Source of the DNA: Mobula hypostoma
Lineage: Eukaryota
Assembly: GCF_963921235.1 (NCBI RefSeq)
Contig: NC_086109.1
Coordinates: forward strand, 30,692,001 to 30,756,000
Direction: 5' to 3'
DNA: 64,000 bases
The notes under the pieces were generated by a model. That model searched no databases and was not told the origin of the DNA. It saw only the letters and a program-made list of their open reading frames with translations. A program made the translations under genes and the position numbers. Below, piece after piece: positions 49,129 to 61,348 of the stretch. Position 1 is the first letter of the stretch. Each line of letters begins with the position of its first letter.

Positions 49129-50361
49129 CTATGGAATAGAGTACAGTTGACATTTCGGACCAAGACCCTTCAGCTAGAGAAAAAAAAGATAAGGAGTCAG
49201 AGTTAGAAAGTGGGGTGTGGGGAGGGAGAAACACAAGGTGATAGGTGAATCCAGTGGGCAGGAGGGGTAAAGTAAAGACCTGGGAAGTTGATTGCTGAAA
49301 GGGATACAGGGCTGGAGAAGGAAAGACAATAGGAGAGGACAGAAGGCCATGGAAGAAAGAAAAGGGGGAGGAGCACCAGAGGGAGCGGATGGGCAGGCAA
49401 GGAGGTAAGGTGAGAAAAGGAAAAGGGTATGGGGAATTTGAAGCGGGTGTGGGTCTGGAGAGAATTTACCAGATGTTCAAGAAATCAATGTTCATGCCAT
49501 CAGGTTGGAGGCTATCCAGACGGAATATAAGGTGATGCTCCTCCAACTTGAGTGTGGCCTCATTGCAACAGTAGAGGAGGCAATGGGTGAACGTCTTGGA
49601 ACAGGAGTGAGAAATGGAATTAAAACAGGTGGCCACTAGGAGGTCTCCCAATCTACGTCGGCTCTTACCAATATACAGGAGGCCACATCCTGAACACCAG
49701 GTAACCTCAACAGACTCACAGGTGAGGTGTCACCTCTCCTGGAGGAACTGTTTTGGGCCCTGAATAGTAGTGAGAGAGGAGGTGTAGGGGCAGGTGTAGC
49801 ACCTGTTCCACTTGCAAGGATAAGTGCCAGGAGGGAGATCAGTGGGGAGGGACAAATGGACAAGGGAGTCGCATAGGGAGCGATTCCTGCAGTAAGTGGA
49901 GGGAGGGAAAATGTGCTTGGCAGTGGGATCCTGCTGGAGATGGAAGAAGTTACAGAGAATTATGTTCTGGACATGGAGGCTGGTAAGGTGATAGCTGAGG
50001 ACAAGAGGAACCCTATCCCTGGTGGAGTGACGGGAGGATGGGGTGAGGGCAGATGTGTGCACAATGGAAGAGATTCGTTTGAGGGTAGTATTGCTCCTCC
50101 CGTGACCCCGCCACCCCTCCAGCCCTGTATCTCCTTCACCAATCAACTTTGGAACTCTTTACTTCAGCCCTCCCCCTCCCCCACCAGTTTCACCTATCAC
50201 CTTGTGTTTCTCCCTCCTTTTACTCCACTATCTTGCTCTGACTCCTCGTCTTTATTTCTCCAGTCCCACTGAAGGGTCCTGGACTGAAACGTCAACTGTA
50301 CACTTTTCCGTAGATGCTGCCTAGCCTGTTGAATTCCTCCAGCATTTTGCGTGTGTTGCTT
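49129..50361 (-). mobile_element. Degenerate Penelope-like element: GIY-YIG fragment with terminal repeat and an inverted repeat at its 5' end
   Basis: RVPLVLSYH..PGTYPCKWNRCYTCPY..LEEHHLIFRLDSLQPDGMNIDF; 50095-50361 (+) is an inverted copy of the 49129-49330 terminal region. Confidence 0.9.
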
Positions 50362-52671
50362 AATACTTCATCAAATCATTCATTGGGAAGAATGACTACA
50401 TTTGCCAGGTGCTAGAACATTAAAACTCCTTTTACTTGATGTATTATTTTGTTTTCAGCATATTCCACAGCTTGAAATATACAGTAAACCAAAATTGATT
50501 TTAATTCTTCAGATACTAATATTAGAAAATCCAGGAATGTGAATATAAATTTTCACATGTTGATCTTGTAAATGCAGGGGAATACTGAACAGAGATATGG
50601 CTCAAAGATGTGCAAGTAAGTCAGCAGGCACTGAAGTTGTCATTGCATCTGACCCATTGCCACAAATAATAGTGGAAATAATCCCTTGGTATGATACTCT
50701 ACAGATGAGACCTGAAGGAAGTGTTTGATACAGGCATTGGATATATTCAGTGAGGAAAGTATTTCATTTTCGTGGATTGGCATTCTTCATTTGATGAATA
50801 CAAAAGTTCACTAAAGGATAATTTCATTCATCTGCACGTCAAAGATGGAAAAACAAAAAAACATTTTTTTAATTTGTTTAGATTGAACCAAGTGAATGGT
50901 CACTTTAGTTTGGACCACAGTATTAATATTGTAGGAAGCGAATGTATAACTTAATCCCAATGAATATGACAAGATAAATCTTTACAGAGGCAATTTTAAT
51001 TGCTCAGTGTTTGTTTTTCTGAGAGTTCAAAATTGAGGGCACAAGAGGCATCTTGGCTACATCACTTGATGCATGTTTTCAGGTTTCAATTAATTTTAGA
51101 TTGATCTATAAATAGGTGAGCTTCAAGCTTGTCTGTTGCCAAAATGTTTAGTTAAATGTATAATTTGATCTAATACATTGGATTGTCATTTCCAGATAAA
51201 AATGGTAAAGTTACTGTATGTACATACCATCCATTCACTCCAGGGTTTGATTGCCTGAAAATCAGTTCTTGAATCTCACTACCCAAGAATTTAGTTTTGA
51301 GAATTTTAAGTAACAGTAATACGATGAGGAGCACTGACAGTTCACTGTTGACTTTGGCCTGGTTCCCGTTCTCCTCAGAAATCTAACCTGGTGACTGGGC
51401 TCAACTTGGGAACCAGCCAATTTCCAGTTCCATCTCTCCTAATACAGCAAGCTGCAGATGCATATGCTCATTGGTATCCACTGTGCTCGTAGTTTACTAG
51501 TGCTAATTGTTCACCAGAAAGTGGCTTCAATCCAATCATGTTGGCTTGATGTGGGTATTCAGTAACTTTATGGCATTCTGGGCATTTTCAAAATTGCTTT
51601 ATCAGTGCAGATAACGTAGTCCAATTTGCTTTCACAATTTTGGCATTCAATTAATGGTTAAAGATGCAGCCTTTGCACTGACTGTTCGCCTAATTAGTTA
51701 CTTCAAGATGACACTCACCTCACTGCTCTCCAATGACTGTTTTACCAATGAGTTCTGAGTTTCTCTCATCACTGAAATGTGATCATAAAGTAGAGGTCAC
51801 AATGACAAATATCTGGTTAAATGACTAGCCCACTTAAAATAATGAAATATTAGTTCATTAATTTTTTACTTATGATTTTCCAGATGATTTAAATTAATTA
51901 GTGTTAATGAATTATAATGCTCAGCTATCATGAACTATCACCAACCCTTAATAGTTGGTTTGAATGTATAAGAATTTGTTTCAGTAACGGCTGCAGTGTC
52001 ATTACCATTAATAAGTTGCTTCTTGTATGTGATTGCCCAGATACTATACTACTCCTTATAGCTATTTAAATACTAGATTGGTCAAATTTCATTGGTGGCT
52101 GACAGCTGAGTTAATCTTGGAGTCATCAGCACTAAGCTATTGGCTCGGCTAGGTCTGCAACACAACAGTTTTCAAGTTCGGTATGTGAGCTGATGAAGCA
52201 ATAAAAGAAAATAGAGGGATAATCAATGTTAGGCAGAACCTGCACTGAGGGAGTAGAAGCATCAACTCAAAAAGTCACCATTCCAAAATTATTGCTTTGT
52301 ATCTTTTTCCCTTTTTTTAGATTTCGATATAGATTTCTAGCAGATTTTATTTTTCCAGGAAGTCAAAAGAATGTGTTTGGATGGTGACAAAGCTGTTGAA
52401 CATTTAAATCGCTGTTGCAAGTAAAGGTGAAGAGGGAATGACAAATAGTTGAAGTGTAAAATGTTTCAATTATCAGTGCCTTTATGCAAACTCAAAACAT
52501 CATTCAGATCTATAAGTTACAGTCTCCAACTCTCAGTTCTCTGCCAGATGATTTTTTTTCCCACGTCTGTCGATTCCCTTCCTTATCTACTTGAATTCTT
52601 CTTGTTCTCTTTCAAAGACTTTGATGCCATAGCAGCTATGATAGATAACCATTAACTTTTAGCCAGTTTAA

Positions 52672-52805
52672 TTAGTTATTCAAGAAAATATCTACCAGCT
52701 CTAGCAAAATTGCTTTCAGTTAAATGGAATAAAATTGGAAAGCAAAATGGCTTTTGAACTTTGTTTAATATAATTGGCAATTTATATTACTGTTTGTGAC
52801 ATAAA
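52672..52805 (+). repeat. Direct repeat copy 1 (copy 2 at 56743-56878)
   Basis: Both copies share TTAAATGGAATAAAATTGGAAAGCAAAATG and flanking sequence. Confidence 0.85.
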
Positions 52806-52925
52806 CCCAGTGGACACTTTATTCTGTACACTTGTGCAATATACTTGTTTGTTTACACAAATATTTAATTAGCTAATCATCTGAGAAGAACTCAATATAT
52901 AAAAGCATGCAGACATTGTCAAGAG

Positions 52926-54517
52926 CAACAGGTCCACAGCAGATGTCATCTTATTAACTCTTCAGTCAATTCTGGAAAATTTTGACAGCAAAGATACATA
53001 CGAGGGGTGATTGATAAGTTCGTGGCCTAAGGTAGAAGGATATGAGTTATAAACTTCAAACGTTCTGCATAATCACTCAAAGAGTTGACCTGCGTGTGCA
53101 TGTAACGAGAGCTGTATAACTCATTTCCTTCTACCTTAGGCCAAAAAACTATCAATCACCCATGCTGCGGACACTTTCTGGAGGTCCAAGATCTGTATGC
53201 TCCACGACCGCAAGACTAAGTGTGTAGATGTAGGAGGGGACTATGTTGAAAAACAAATGTGCCAGGTTTTCTAAAATAGACGCCTTCTACCTTAGGCCAC
53301 GAACATATCAATCACCCCTCGTACATCATCATGCTCTTTATTGATTACAGCTCATCCCTTCAAAACCAACTAGAGAGCTCTAAGACCTTGGCCTCAATAC
53401 CTCCTCATGCAATGGATCCTGGATTTCATAATTTGTAGATCCCAGTCAGATTAGATTGGCCACTGCATCTCCTCCATGATCTCCATTGGCACAGGTGCGT
53501 ACAAGGCTGAGTGCTAAGCCCCCTACCCTACTCACTTTACACCTATGTCTATGTCACTAAGCACAACGCCAATGTCATGTTCAAGTTTGCTGATGACACC
53601 ACTGTTGTGAGCCAAATCAAAGTGGTGATGGAGGGAGACTGAAAAGTTGCCTGAGTGGTGTCATAACAACAACCTCTCACTCAACGTCAGCAAGACCAAG
53701 GAACTGATTGTAGACTTCAGGCGAGGGAAACCAGAAGTCCATGAGTCAGCCCTCACTGGAGGATCAGAGGTGGAAAAGGTTAGCGTATTTAAATTCTTGG
53801 GTGTTACTATTTCAGAAGATCTGTCCTGGAACCTGCACACAATTGCAATTGCGAAGAAAGCACAGCAGTGCCTCTACTTCCTCAGGTGTCTGCAGAGATT
53901 TAGCACGACATCTAACAGTTTGACAAACTTCTGTAGATGTGTAGTGAAGAGTGTATTGACTGGCTGCATCACAGCCTGGAATGGAATCACCAATGCCTGT
54001 AAAAGGAAAACCCTGCAGAAGGTAATGGATTCAACTCAGTATATCACAGGTAAAGCCCTCCTAACCATTGAGGACATCTACATGAAATGCTGTCGTAGGA
54101 AAGCAGCATCCATCATCAGAGATCCCCACCAATGATGACATGCTCTCTTCTCACTGCTACCATCAGGTAGGAAGTACAAGACCCTTAGGGCTCGCACAAC
54201 CACGCTCAATAACAATTACTTCCTCTCTACCATCTCTAGGATAGAAGGGGATAACTATACTCACTTGCCCTGCTATTGGAATGTTCCTAAAACCGATTAT
54301 CTGACTTTAAAGACTCTTTGTCTCATTATTTATTGCTATTTATTTATATTTGAATTTGCACAGTTTGTTATCTTCTGTACTCCGGTTTATCTTTTATTGA
54401 TCATGCATAGTAACGATTCTATTGATTTGCTGAGTATGCCCACAAGAAAATGAATTTCAGGGTTGTATCTGATGTCATATATGTACCTTGCTGACAAAAT
54501 TTACTTTGAACTTCGAA
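52926..54517 (+). mobile_element. Rex1/Babar LINE (RT to 3' tail)
   Basis: MLFIDYSS, FKFADDTT, WCHNNNLSLNVSKTKELIVDFR; (CTTTGAA) tail. Confidence 0.9.
53001..53321. mobile_element. mariner-type MITE, about 39-bp TIRs, TA TSD
   Basis: TA|CGAGGGGTGATTGATAAGTTCGTGGCCTAAGGTAGAAGG ... CCTTCTACCTTAGGCCACGAACATATCAATCACCCCTCG|TA. Confidence 0.92.
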
Positions 54518-54969
54518 AAGGTTCAGTTGTTGTTCAGGCCAAACATCAGAATGGGGAAAAGTGTGATCAAAATGACTTTGACTATGGAATGATTGTTGGT
54601 GCCAGAGTAGATGGTTTGAGTATCTCAGAAACTTCTGATCCTCTGGGATTTTCATGTACAACAGTCTCCAGAGTTTATAGAGAATGGTGCAAAAAGCAAA
54701 AAAAAAAAAAACAAAAATCAGGTGAACTTCAGTTCTTTGTGTGAAAATTCCAAAGAAGGATTGGTCAAAGGAGAATTGGCAGATTGGTTCTTGCTGACAG
54801 GAAGGTGACAGTAACTGAAATGAACATGCATTACAACAGTGGTGTGCAGTAGAGCATCTCTGAATGCATAATACATTAAACCTTGAAGTGGATGGGCTAC
54901 CACAACAGAAGACCATGAACATACACTCAGAGGCCATTCGGCCATTGAGTATAGTTAACCATTAAGTTA

Positions 54970-56585
54970 CTGAAGTTACCATAACTAGAGAGAAGGTTCT
55001 TAGGAAACTGAAAGGTCAGAAGGTGGATAAATCACCTGGACCAGATAGTATACATCCTAGAGTTCTGAAAAGGTGGCTGAAGAGATTGTGGAGGCATTTG
55101 GTCCCCTAATCTGAGGAAAGACATCTTTGCCATAGAGGGAGTACAAAGAAGGTTCACCAGATTGATTCCTGGGATGGCAGGTCTTTCATATGAAGAAAGA
55201 CTGGATGAACTGGGCTTGTACTCGTTGGAATTTAGAAGATTGAGGGGGGATCTGATTGAAACGTATAAGATCCTAAAGGGATTGGACAGGCTAGATGCAG
55301 GAAGATTGTTCCCGATGTTGGGGAGGTCTAGAACGAGGGGTCACAGTTTGAGGATAGAGGGGAAGCCTTTTAGGACCGAGGTTAGGAAAAACTTCTTCAC
55401 ACAGAGAGTGGTGAATCTGTGGAATTCTCTGCCACAGCAAACTGTTGAGGCCAGTTCATTAGCTATGTTTAAAAGGAAGTTAGATATGGCCCTTGTGGCT
55501 ACAGGGGTCAGGGGGTATGGAGGGAAGGCTGGGTTCTGAGTTGGATGATCAGCCATGATCATAATAAATGGCGGTGCAGGCTCGAAGGGCCGAATGGCCT
55601 ACTCCTGCACCTATTTTCTATGTTTCTATGTTTCTATATTAGCGATGATCTTTCAAGAATCACTAGCTTTGGGAGTGGTTCCAGAAGTCTGGAAAATAGC
55701 AAATGTCACTCCACTCTTCAAGAAGGGATAGACACAGAAGAAAGGATACTACAGGCCAGTTAGTCTGACCTCCGTGGTTTGGGAGATGTTGGAGTTAATT
55801 ATTAAGGATGAGTTCTCAGGGTATTTAGAGACATATAATAAAATTAGCTGCAGTCAGCATGGTTTCCTCAAGGGAAAATCTTGCCTGACAAATCTTTTGG
55901 TATTCTTTGAAATAACAAGCAGGATAGACAAAGGAAAATCATTTGATGTTGTGTACTTAGATATTCAGAACGCCTTTGACAAGGTTCCGCACATGAGGCT
56001 GCTTAGCAAGCCATGAGCCTATGGTATTACAAGAAGGATTCTAGTGTTGATAAAACAGTGGCCAATTTTCAGGTGGCAAAGACTGGGAATAAAGGAAGCC
56101 TTTTCTGGCTGGCTGCTGGTGACTAGTGGTGTTCTACGGGGACACCACTAGTGTTGGGACCAATTCTTTTTGCATTATATGTCAGTGATTTGGATGATGG
56201 AATTGATGGCTTTGTTGCAAAGTTTGCAGATGATATGAAGATTGGTAGAGGGGCAGGTAGTTTTGAGGAAGTAGAGAGGCTGCAGAAGGGCTAAAACAGG
56301 TTAGGAGAATAGGCAAAGAAATGGCAGATGAAATACGGTATCGGGAAGCGTATGGTCATGCACTTTGGTAGCAGAAATGAAAGAGTTGACTATTTTCTAA
56401 ATGGAGAGAAAATACAAACAAAAACTGAGCTGCAAAAGTACTTGGGAGTCCTTGTGCAGGATTCTGTAAAGGTTAATTTGCAAGTAGAGTCTGTGGGGAG
56501 GAAGGCAAATTCGATGTTAGCATTCATTTCAAGAGGACTAGAATATAAATGCACAGGTGAGGACTCAGTTGGAGTATTGTGAGCA
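54970..56585 (+). mobile_element. Older CR1 RT region hosting a young CR1 3' end (55099-55637)
   Basis: QHGFLKGKSCLTNL..AFDKVPH; the insert IPGMAGLSYEERL..TRGH with (TTTCTATG)n tail is a close relative of 38840-39392. Confidence 0.9.
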
Positions 56586-56710
56586 CAAAAGTGTCTGTTT
56601 CTGTTGATCAGTGTCAAAAAAGCCAAATTAAATCTACTGCATTGTAATTTGTAAAACAATAAAACATGAAAGCTTCCAAGGGGGAGTGAATACTCTTTAT
56701 AGGCACTGTA
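56586..56710. mobile_element. Tc1-like terminal inverted repeat fragment
   Basis: Ends CCAAGGGGGAGTGAATACTCTTTATAGGCACTG|TA (CAGTG-type terminus + TA). Confidence 0.7.
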
Positions 56711-57784
56711 TATGTTATGGTCTTTACACTTCACCAGACCATTTAGTTGTTCAAGAAAATATGTATCACTTTTACCAGAATAGCTTTCAATTAAATGGAA
56801 TAAAATTGGAAAGCAAAATGACTTTTGACCTTTGTTTGATTTTAATATAATTAGCAATTTATATTATGTGGCATATAACTATATGGTAGCCAGGGTGCAA
56901 CTTGTTATTCCTCAGTGATACAGAAAAGCTTTTTGATATTACCTTTAATTTTCAGGTGCTTTTCTGAATGTGGTTCACTAGATTGACTTAAATTCATCCC
57001 GAGAGTTTTTGAAACCTCTTTGGAAATTTCATGTATCATAATGACTTTGAAATACATCGTGAAGCAAAAGGAATCTATTTTTGAAATGAGATTAATGTAG
57101 TAAGGACTTATTTTGGATTAAAGCATACAGCTGTATTCAGGAGATCTCTAGTAGGTTACAATATGGAATACAATATGCCTTTTAAGCCTGTTATTGTCAA
57201 TGATGGAAGGAATTATTTATACTTGCTGTTGGGTACTTTGAGTTGTCTGCAATTCCCCAGCATAACAGATTGGATCCCTAATGAAAATATGTTTGCAGAT
57301 CATGGGTTTTGCACCTTTATTTTATTTAAAATATTCCTTTCATTATAAACCAAGTCAAGGACCTGTAGTTAAGGTGAAGTTCATACAGGACTTAATAGAA
57401 CGAAGAAACAGGTATAATAACTTGAAAGTTTGGCGATTCTTACTTCGACCATCCCTCAGGATGAAAGAGTTCTGCTTTCACTCTGGTTTTGTGTGTGTTG
57501 GTGGAAGATGAGGGAACTGAGGGTTCTCCAATAGATGGAGAAGTAGGTGCCAGAAGGGGTGGGAGGATAAGCAATATGTGTGGTGACGCTTCCTTCTGCC
57601 ACTGACACGGGGGTTCTCTGCACTTGCAATGTAAAGACTCAAGATTATCAACAACATTTTTAATTCTCCTTCTAAAATTTGAGTGGTTTGAATTATCTTG
57701 GGCCATAAATTTTTAGATGCTGGGAATGTTTAATTTCTTCAAGGAAGCTTTCATAGCTTCATTCTGAACCTTACCTGCCTGGCA

Positions 57785-58055
57785 ATGGTCAGCACAGTGA
57801 CACAGCTAATAATGCTGATGTTTCACAGCTCCAATGACCTGAGTTCTATTCTGACCTCAGTATTGTCTTTGTGCAGTTTGCATATTCTCCTGTGACCATG
57901 GGGTTTTCTCCATATGCTCTAGTTTCCTTCTACATCCCAGCTAGTAGTTTAATTGGTCACTGTATATTGCCCCATGTGTGAAGGTGAGTGATCCACTCTG
58001 GGACAGAAAGGAAGGAAGACTAATGGCAATGCGAGTGGAATAAAATAGGATTAGT
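57785..58055 (+). mobile_element. V-SINE (HE1-like), degenerate
   Basis: GAGTTCTATTCTGACCTC B-box-like; GGGGTTTTCTCCATATGCTCTAGTTTCCTTCTACATCCCA V-domain. Confidence 0.7.
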
Positions 58056-58499
58056 GCACTTCAAAGCTTATATTATCATTGTTAATATTCTCTTCTCATT
58101 CTAACTTTTAAAACAGTCATGCTCAATTAATGATAGATTAATTTTGTTTACCCATTTGGTGGGAACAGGATGAGCAAGTGCCACAGTTGCCTACAGGAGG
58201 GTGAGGGACCTGAACAATTTCCAGCCTATTTAGTTACGGTTGCAACTGTGTGTGGTGAACTGTATCAATCATTTTCCCTCATTTCACTTTATCATGTTAC
58301 TCTTTTAAATCAGCAGGGTTGAAACAATCCTGAGGCAGAAAACATTCCCTTAGTGATTCAGTTACTGATCTAAAAAATTAAACCCTTTAATGTACTTTAT
58401 AATTCTGGAAGTGACTATGTAGAAAATGTTCTGAACTCATGTTCTAAGATATATTCTTGGTTATGCAGAGCTTTCTGTTCAGCTCAACGTGGACACTGG

Positions 58500-58617
58500 C
58501 TGTGCAAGGGCCTGTGCAAGGGCCTGTGCAAGGGCCTGTGCAAGGACCTGTGCAAGGGCCTGTGCAAGCGAGCTAGCTGGGGTGATTGCTGACATCTTCA
58601 ACTGCTCCTTGCTTCAG
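58500..58617 (+). repeat. 12-bp tandem repeat (CTGTGCAAGGGC x ~5.7) fused to a short Rex1 RT fragment
   Basis: Repeat 58500-58568, then ..CASELAGVIADIFNCSLLQ. Confidence 0.8.
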
Positions 58618-59277
58618 TTATGTTCACTTTCCTGGCCACAAATTTGTCAGATTTTCTTGCCCTCTGTATCCCATTTTGTTTTTTACTACATCAAACCAGC
58701 TGGCTATTGACTCAATAAATAACAAAACAACATCTATTTATCTTTAGTTGGCTAATCTATATAGATCCAGAAAAAAATGGCATTTTTAACTAATTATGAA
58801 ATTCGTCATGATATATTTGATCAGCAGAAAACAGGCAGCTAGAAAAAAAAATCCAATGCATGTTTTGAAGGAATTCTCCTTTTTAATAAAAATTAGAGAG
58901 CCACATTTTGTCTTGCATAAACTCAAACCTATTAAAAAAGTTCTCAAGGATATGTTTCTATGTTGCCCATCTAAAAACTCACCTCTCTCCTCTCTTCACA
59001 GCTCTGAGTGGGATGAATTTTGAGTGATAAATGGTAATGTTAGACATTAAGGGTTTCACAATCAGAAGTCAAGGTTTTGGATGGTGGATATGAAGCTTAG
59101 AAAAGGGGGTTTAAATGATGAGAAGTGCAATGGATTGAATGCTGCAAGGTGTGATTTTGGATGACAGTGGGCAAGGTTTTGAGAGAGCGGAGTTTGAACT
59201 ATGATGAATTAATGGTGGAGAACAAGAATTTAGAAGAGGAAGAGTGAAGATTTGTGATAACAGCCAAAACTTTCAAT

Positions 59278-60150
59278 TGTTACGTAAATGGCAACAATAA
59301 ATATCAATCGAGACAGGTTATATAAAAACAACCAAACATTTATTAAACATGGATAAACGATAAGGAAAAAAAAACAAACAAAAACTTTAACCGGTAGTTA
59401 ACCGTTCACCAAATCGTCACTCAGCACTGGTTCTTAAAGCGTTAAATGCGAAAATAGTTCTTAAAGCTATAAAGTCAGATATAGTTCTTAAAATGGTAAA
59501 TTCAAAAGTCCAGCAGATTTATATGTTCAATTGGGAGAGACTTCTCTGGAGAAGGATTTCTTCATAGACACAACTTTCCTGCTGGTTCTGTCCAAAAGAT
59601 TCACGGTGCAGTAAATAAACAGTTTAAAACAACTGCCCTTAAAATGTAGAGAGAGCAAACCTTTACATGAACTCTTTTCTCTTTTGGCAAGAGTTATCTC
59701 GATGCAGGTCGCTACTTCTTCAATGAAGACTCAATAAGGTCGATCTTTTGTTAAACTGCCAAACGATGCTGACTCCTCTCAATTCCTCGAATCCTGTACT
59801 TCGATAAAGTTTTCACTCCCCCTACTACTGCTAGAATAGGGTAAATCAGCACATCTAGCAAAAATTTCCAGTCCAATAATATTGTATCTCGCAACAGAAC
59901 GCAACACTCCATTTTAAAAATGAAACTGTGTCACAAAAACAAACACACAACAGAAATGGAAACACAGCACGTTCTACATGGAAATCTACAAACTAAAAAC
60001 TAACTGCGTCATCTGGAGTCGACCCTTATATACCCATGGCTCACAGGTCATCACGTGAGCTCACATTGGTGGGAAAATTACATCAGGTGACCTCCAAAAG
60101 ACCATTACATCATTCTCACAAAAAAAACAGATCTCCTTGAGCATGTAACA
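59278..60150 (-). mobile_element. Solo LTR, 873 bp, 4-bp TSD
   Basis: CAAT|TGTTAC...GTAACA|CAAT; TATATAAG and AATAAA on the minus strand. Confidence 0.88.
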
Positions 60151-61089
60151 CAATAGTTGACAGTGACGGTAAGGCTAGGGGCTTAAAGATTTGGATGGTA
60201 AACAATTCAAATTGTTGAATTGTGCGTTCACAAGGCACTTTCAAAAATGTAGCAGGAAGTTAAATCAAAAGCTATCTTACAATTACGTTAAAGTTTTCCA
60301 TCAAAGATATAGTAGGTTGAACATTGCAAGCTATCACTCTGTCTAATGATGTTGAGATTCTATCATGTAGAGACTCATTAAACAGCTGAATTATACTTGT
60401 ACTGTCCATTTGTATTTATTTAGGAAGCAGTGTGCCACTTCGCTCTCTTTAAAGCAGCCCTCTGATCAGGAATAGTCAAGTCATTATGGAGGATTTTGAG
60501 TATTACTTAATGATCTATCCGTTTTTGCATGAGTTGCTGTTAGATGTTTGAAGGGAGCTTTTAAAGCACGTTGCTGTTCTTTCTGGGATGTTTTAAGATT
60601 GTGCAATAACTGTGGCACTGGTGGAAAGGAATTGCCTTTCACTGGGTGCACTTTAATTTACAGAGAGTCTGAGGCCAAATAGAACAAAACATGCAACGGA
60701 GCCTGAACGTCACAGGGGTAAGTTGGACATTCTCCTTCTGCTCTGAATTCCCTAGTGCCATTTCTGAGAACTTTCATATTCTCTTTCTGGATCTAAACAC
60801 CACTGCATATTAATTCCATCACCCCCTGCCAGGCAGCACTTCGATCCACCTTTTATGGATCTGGTAATTTTGATCCCAGGTTCTTCAGAAGTCAAGAAAG
60901 AGGAGTAAAACATGATGTTTTCAGGCATTTTATTAAGTATTACAGGAACAAACAACAAAGGAGCAGTATCATATTCAGATATGAGATAAACAATTCCAGT
61001 GCTAACAATTAACTTATGAAATAGCCAGATTCAAGTGGGGTGTGACACCTACTGCAGGAAAACTGAGAAGCTGCCAAAAAAATACAGAA

Positions 61090-61348
61090 TCAACTGTGGT
61101 CTGCTCCAGGTGCAGTGATGCCTGGTCACGTGTCTTTCATAAAACTTCCATTCTGAATGCTATTTGCTTACGTTAATTGTTTCTACGATTTTTATTTTCT
61201 CTCTGTGCATTGGGTGTTTGATGGTCTTTTTTTCAGTTGGTTCTTTTCAGGTTTCTTTGTTTTGTAGCTGTCTGTAAGGAGCTAAATCTCAGGGTTGTAT
61301 AATGCATACATACTTTGATAATAAATGTACTTTGAAATTTGAACTTCA
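61090..61348 (+). mobile_element. Rex1-type 3' UTR/tail
   Basis: AATCTCAGGGTTGTATA..GATAATAAATGTACTTTGAAATTTGAAC, like 54450-54515. Confidence 0.6.

Larger units (their letters stand above)
52808..54935 (+). mobile_element. Tc1-like DNA transposon remnant split by Rex1 (pieces 52808-52925 and 54518-54935)
   Basis: CAGTGGACACTTTATT start; ..GCAGACATTGTCAAGAG|..GTTCAGTTGTTGTTCAG join; GEKCDQNDFDYGMIVGAR..SISET..LGFSCTTVSRVYREW (Tc1 HTH). Confidence 0.8.

Noticed and set aside
48921..49234. GR/ER-rich and LP/LS-rich ORFs
   Set aside because: Translations of a simple polypyrimidine tract
58489..58710. 73-aa ORF with (RACA)n repeat as a real Cys-rich protein
   Set aside because: Arises from a 12-bp tandem repeat plus a Rex1 fragment; GTG start and no other coding evidence
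59000..59270. Possible ancient L2 remnant flanking the solo LTR
   Set aside because: Purine-rich composition is suggestive, but I could not read a diagnostic motif
60640..60958. Possible host exon (GGTAAGT donor near 60717; 68-aa minus ORF); similar isolated splice-like sites at 7250 and 11291
   Set aside because: No consistent acceptor-donor pair with a recognisable open frame; cannot be supported without RNA or homology data
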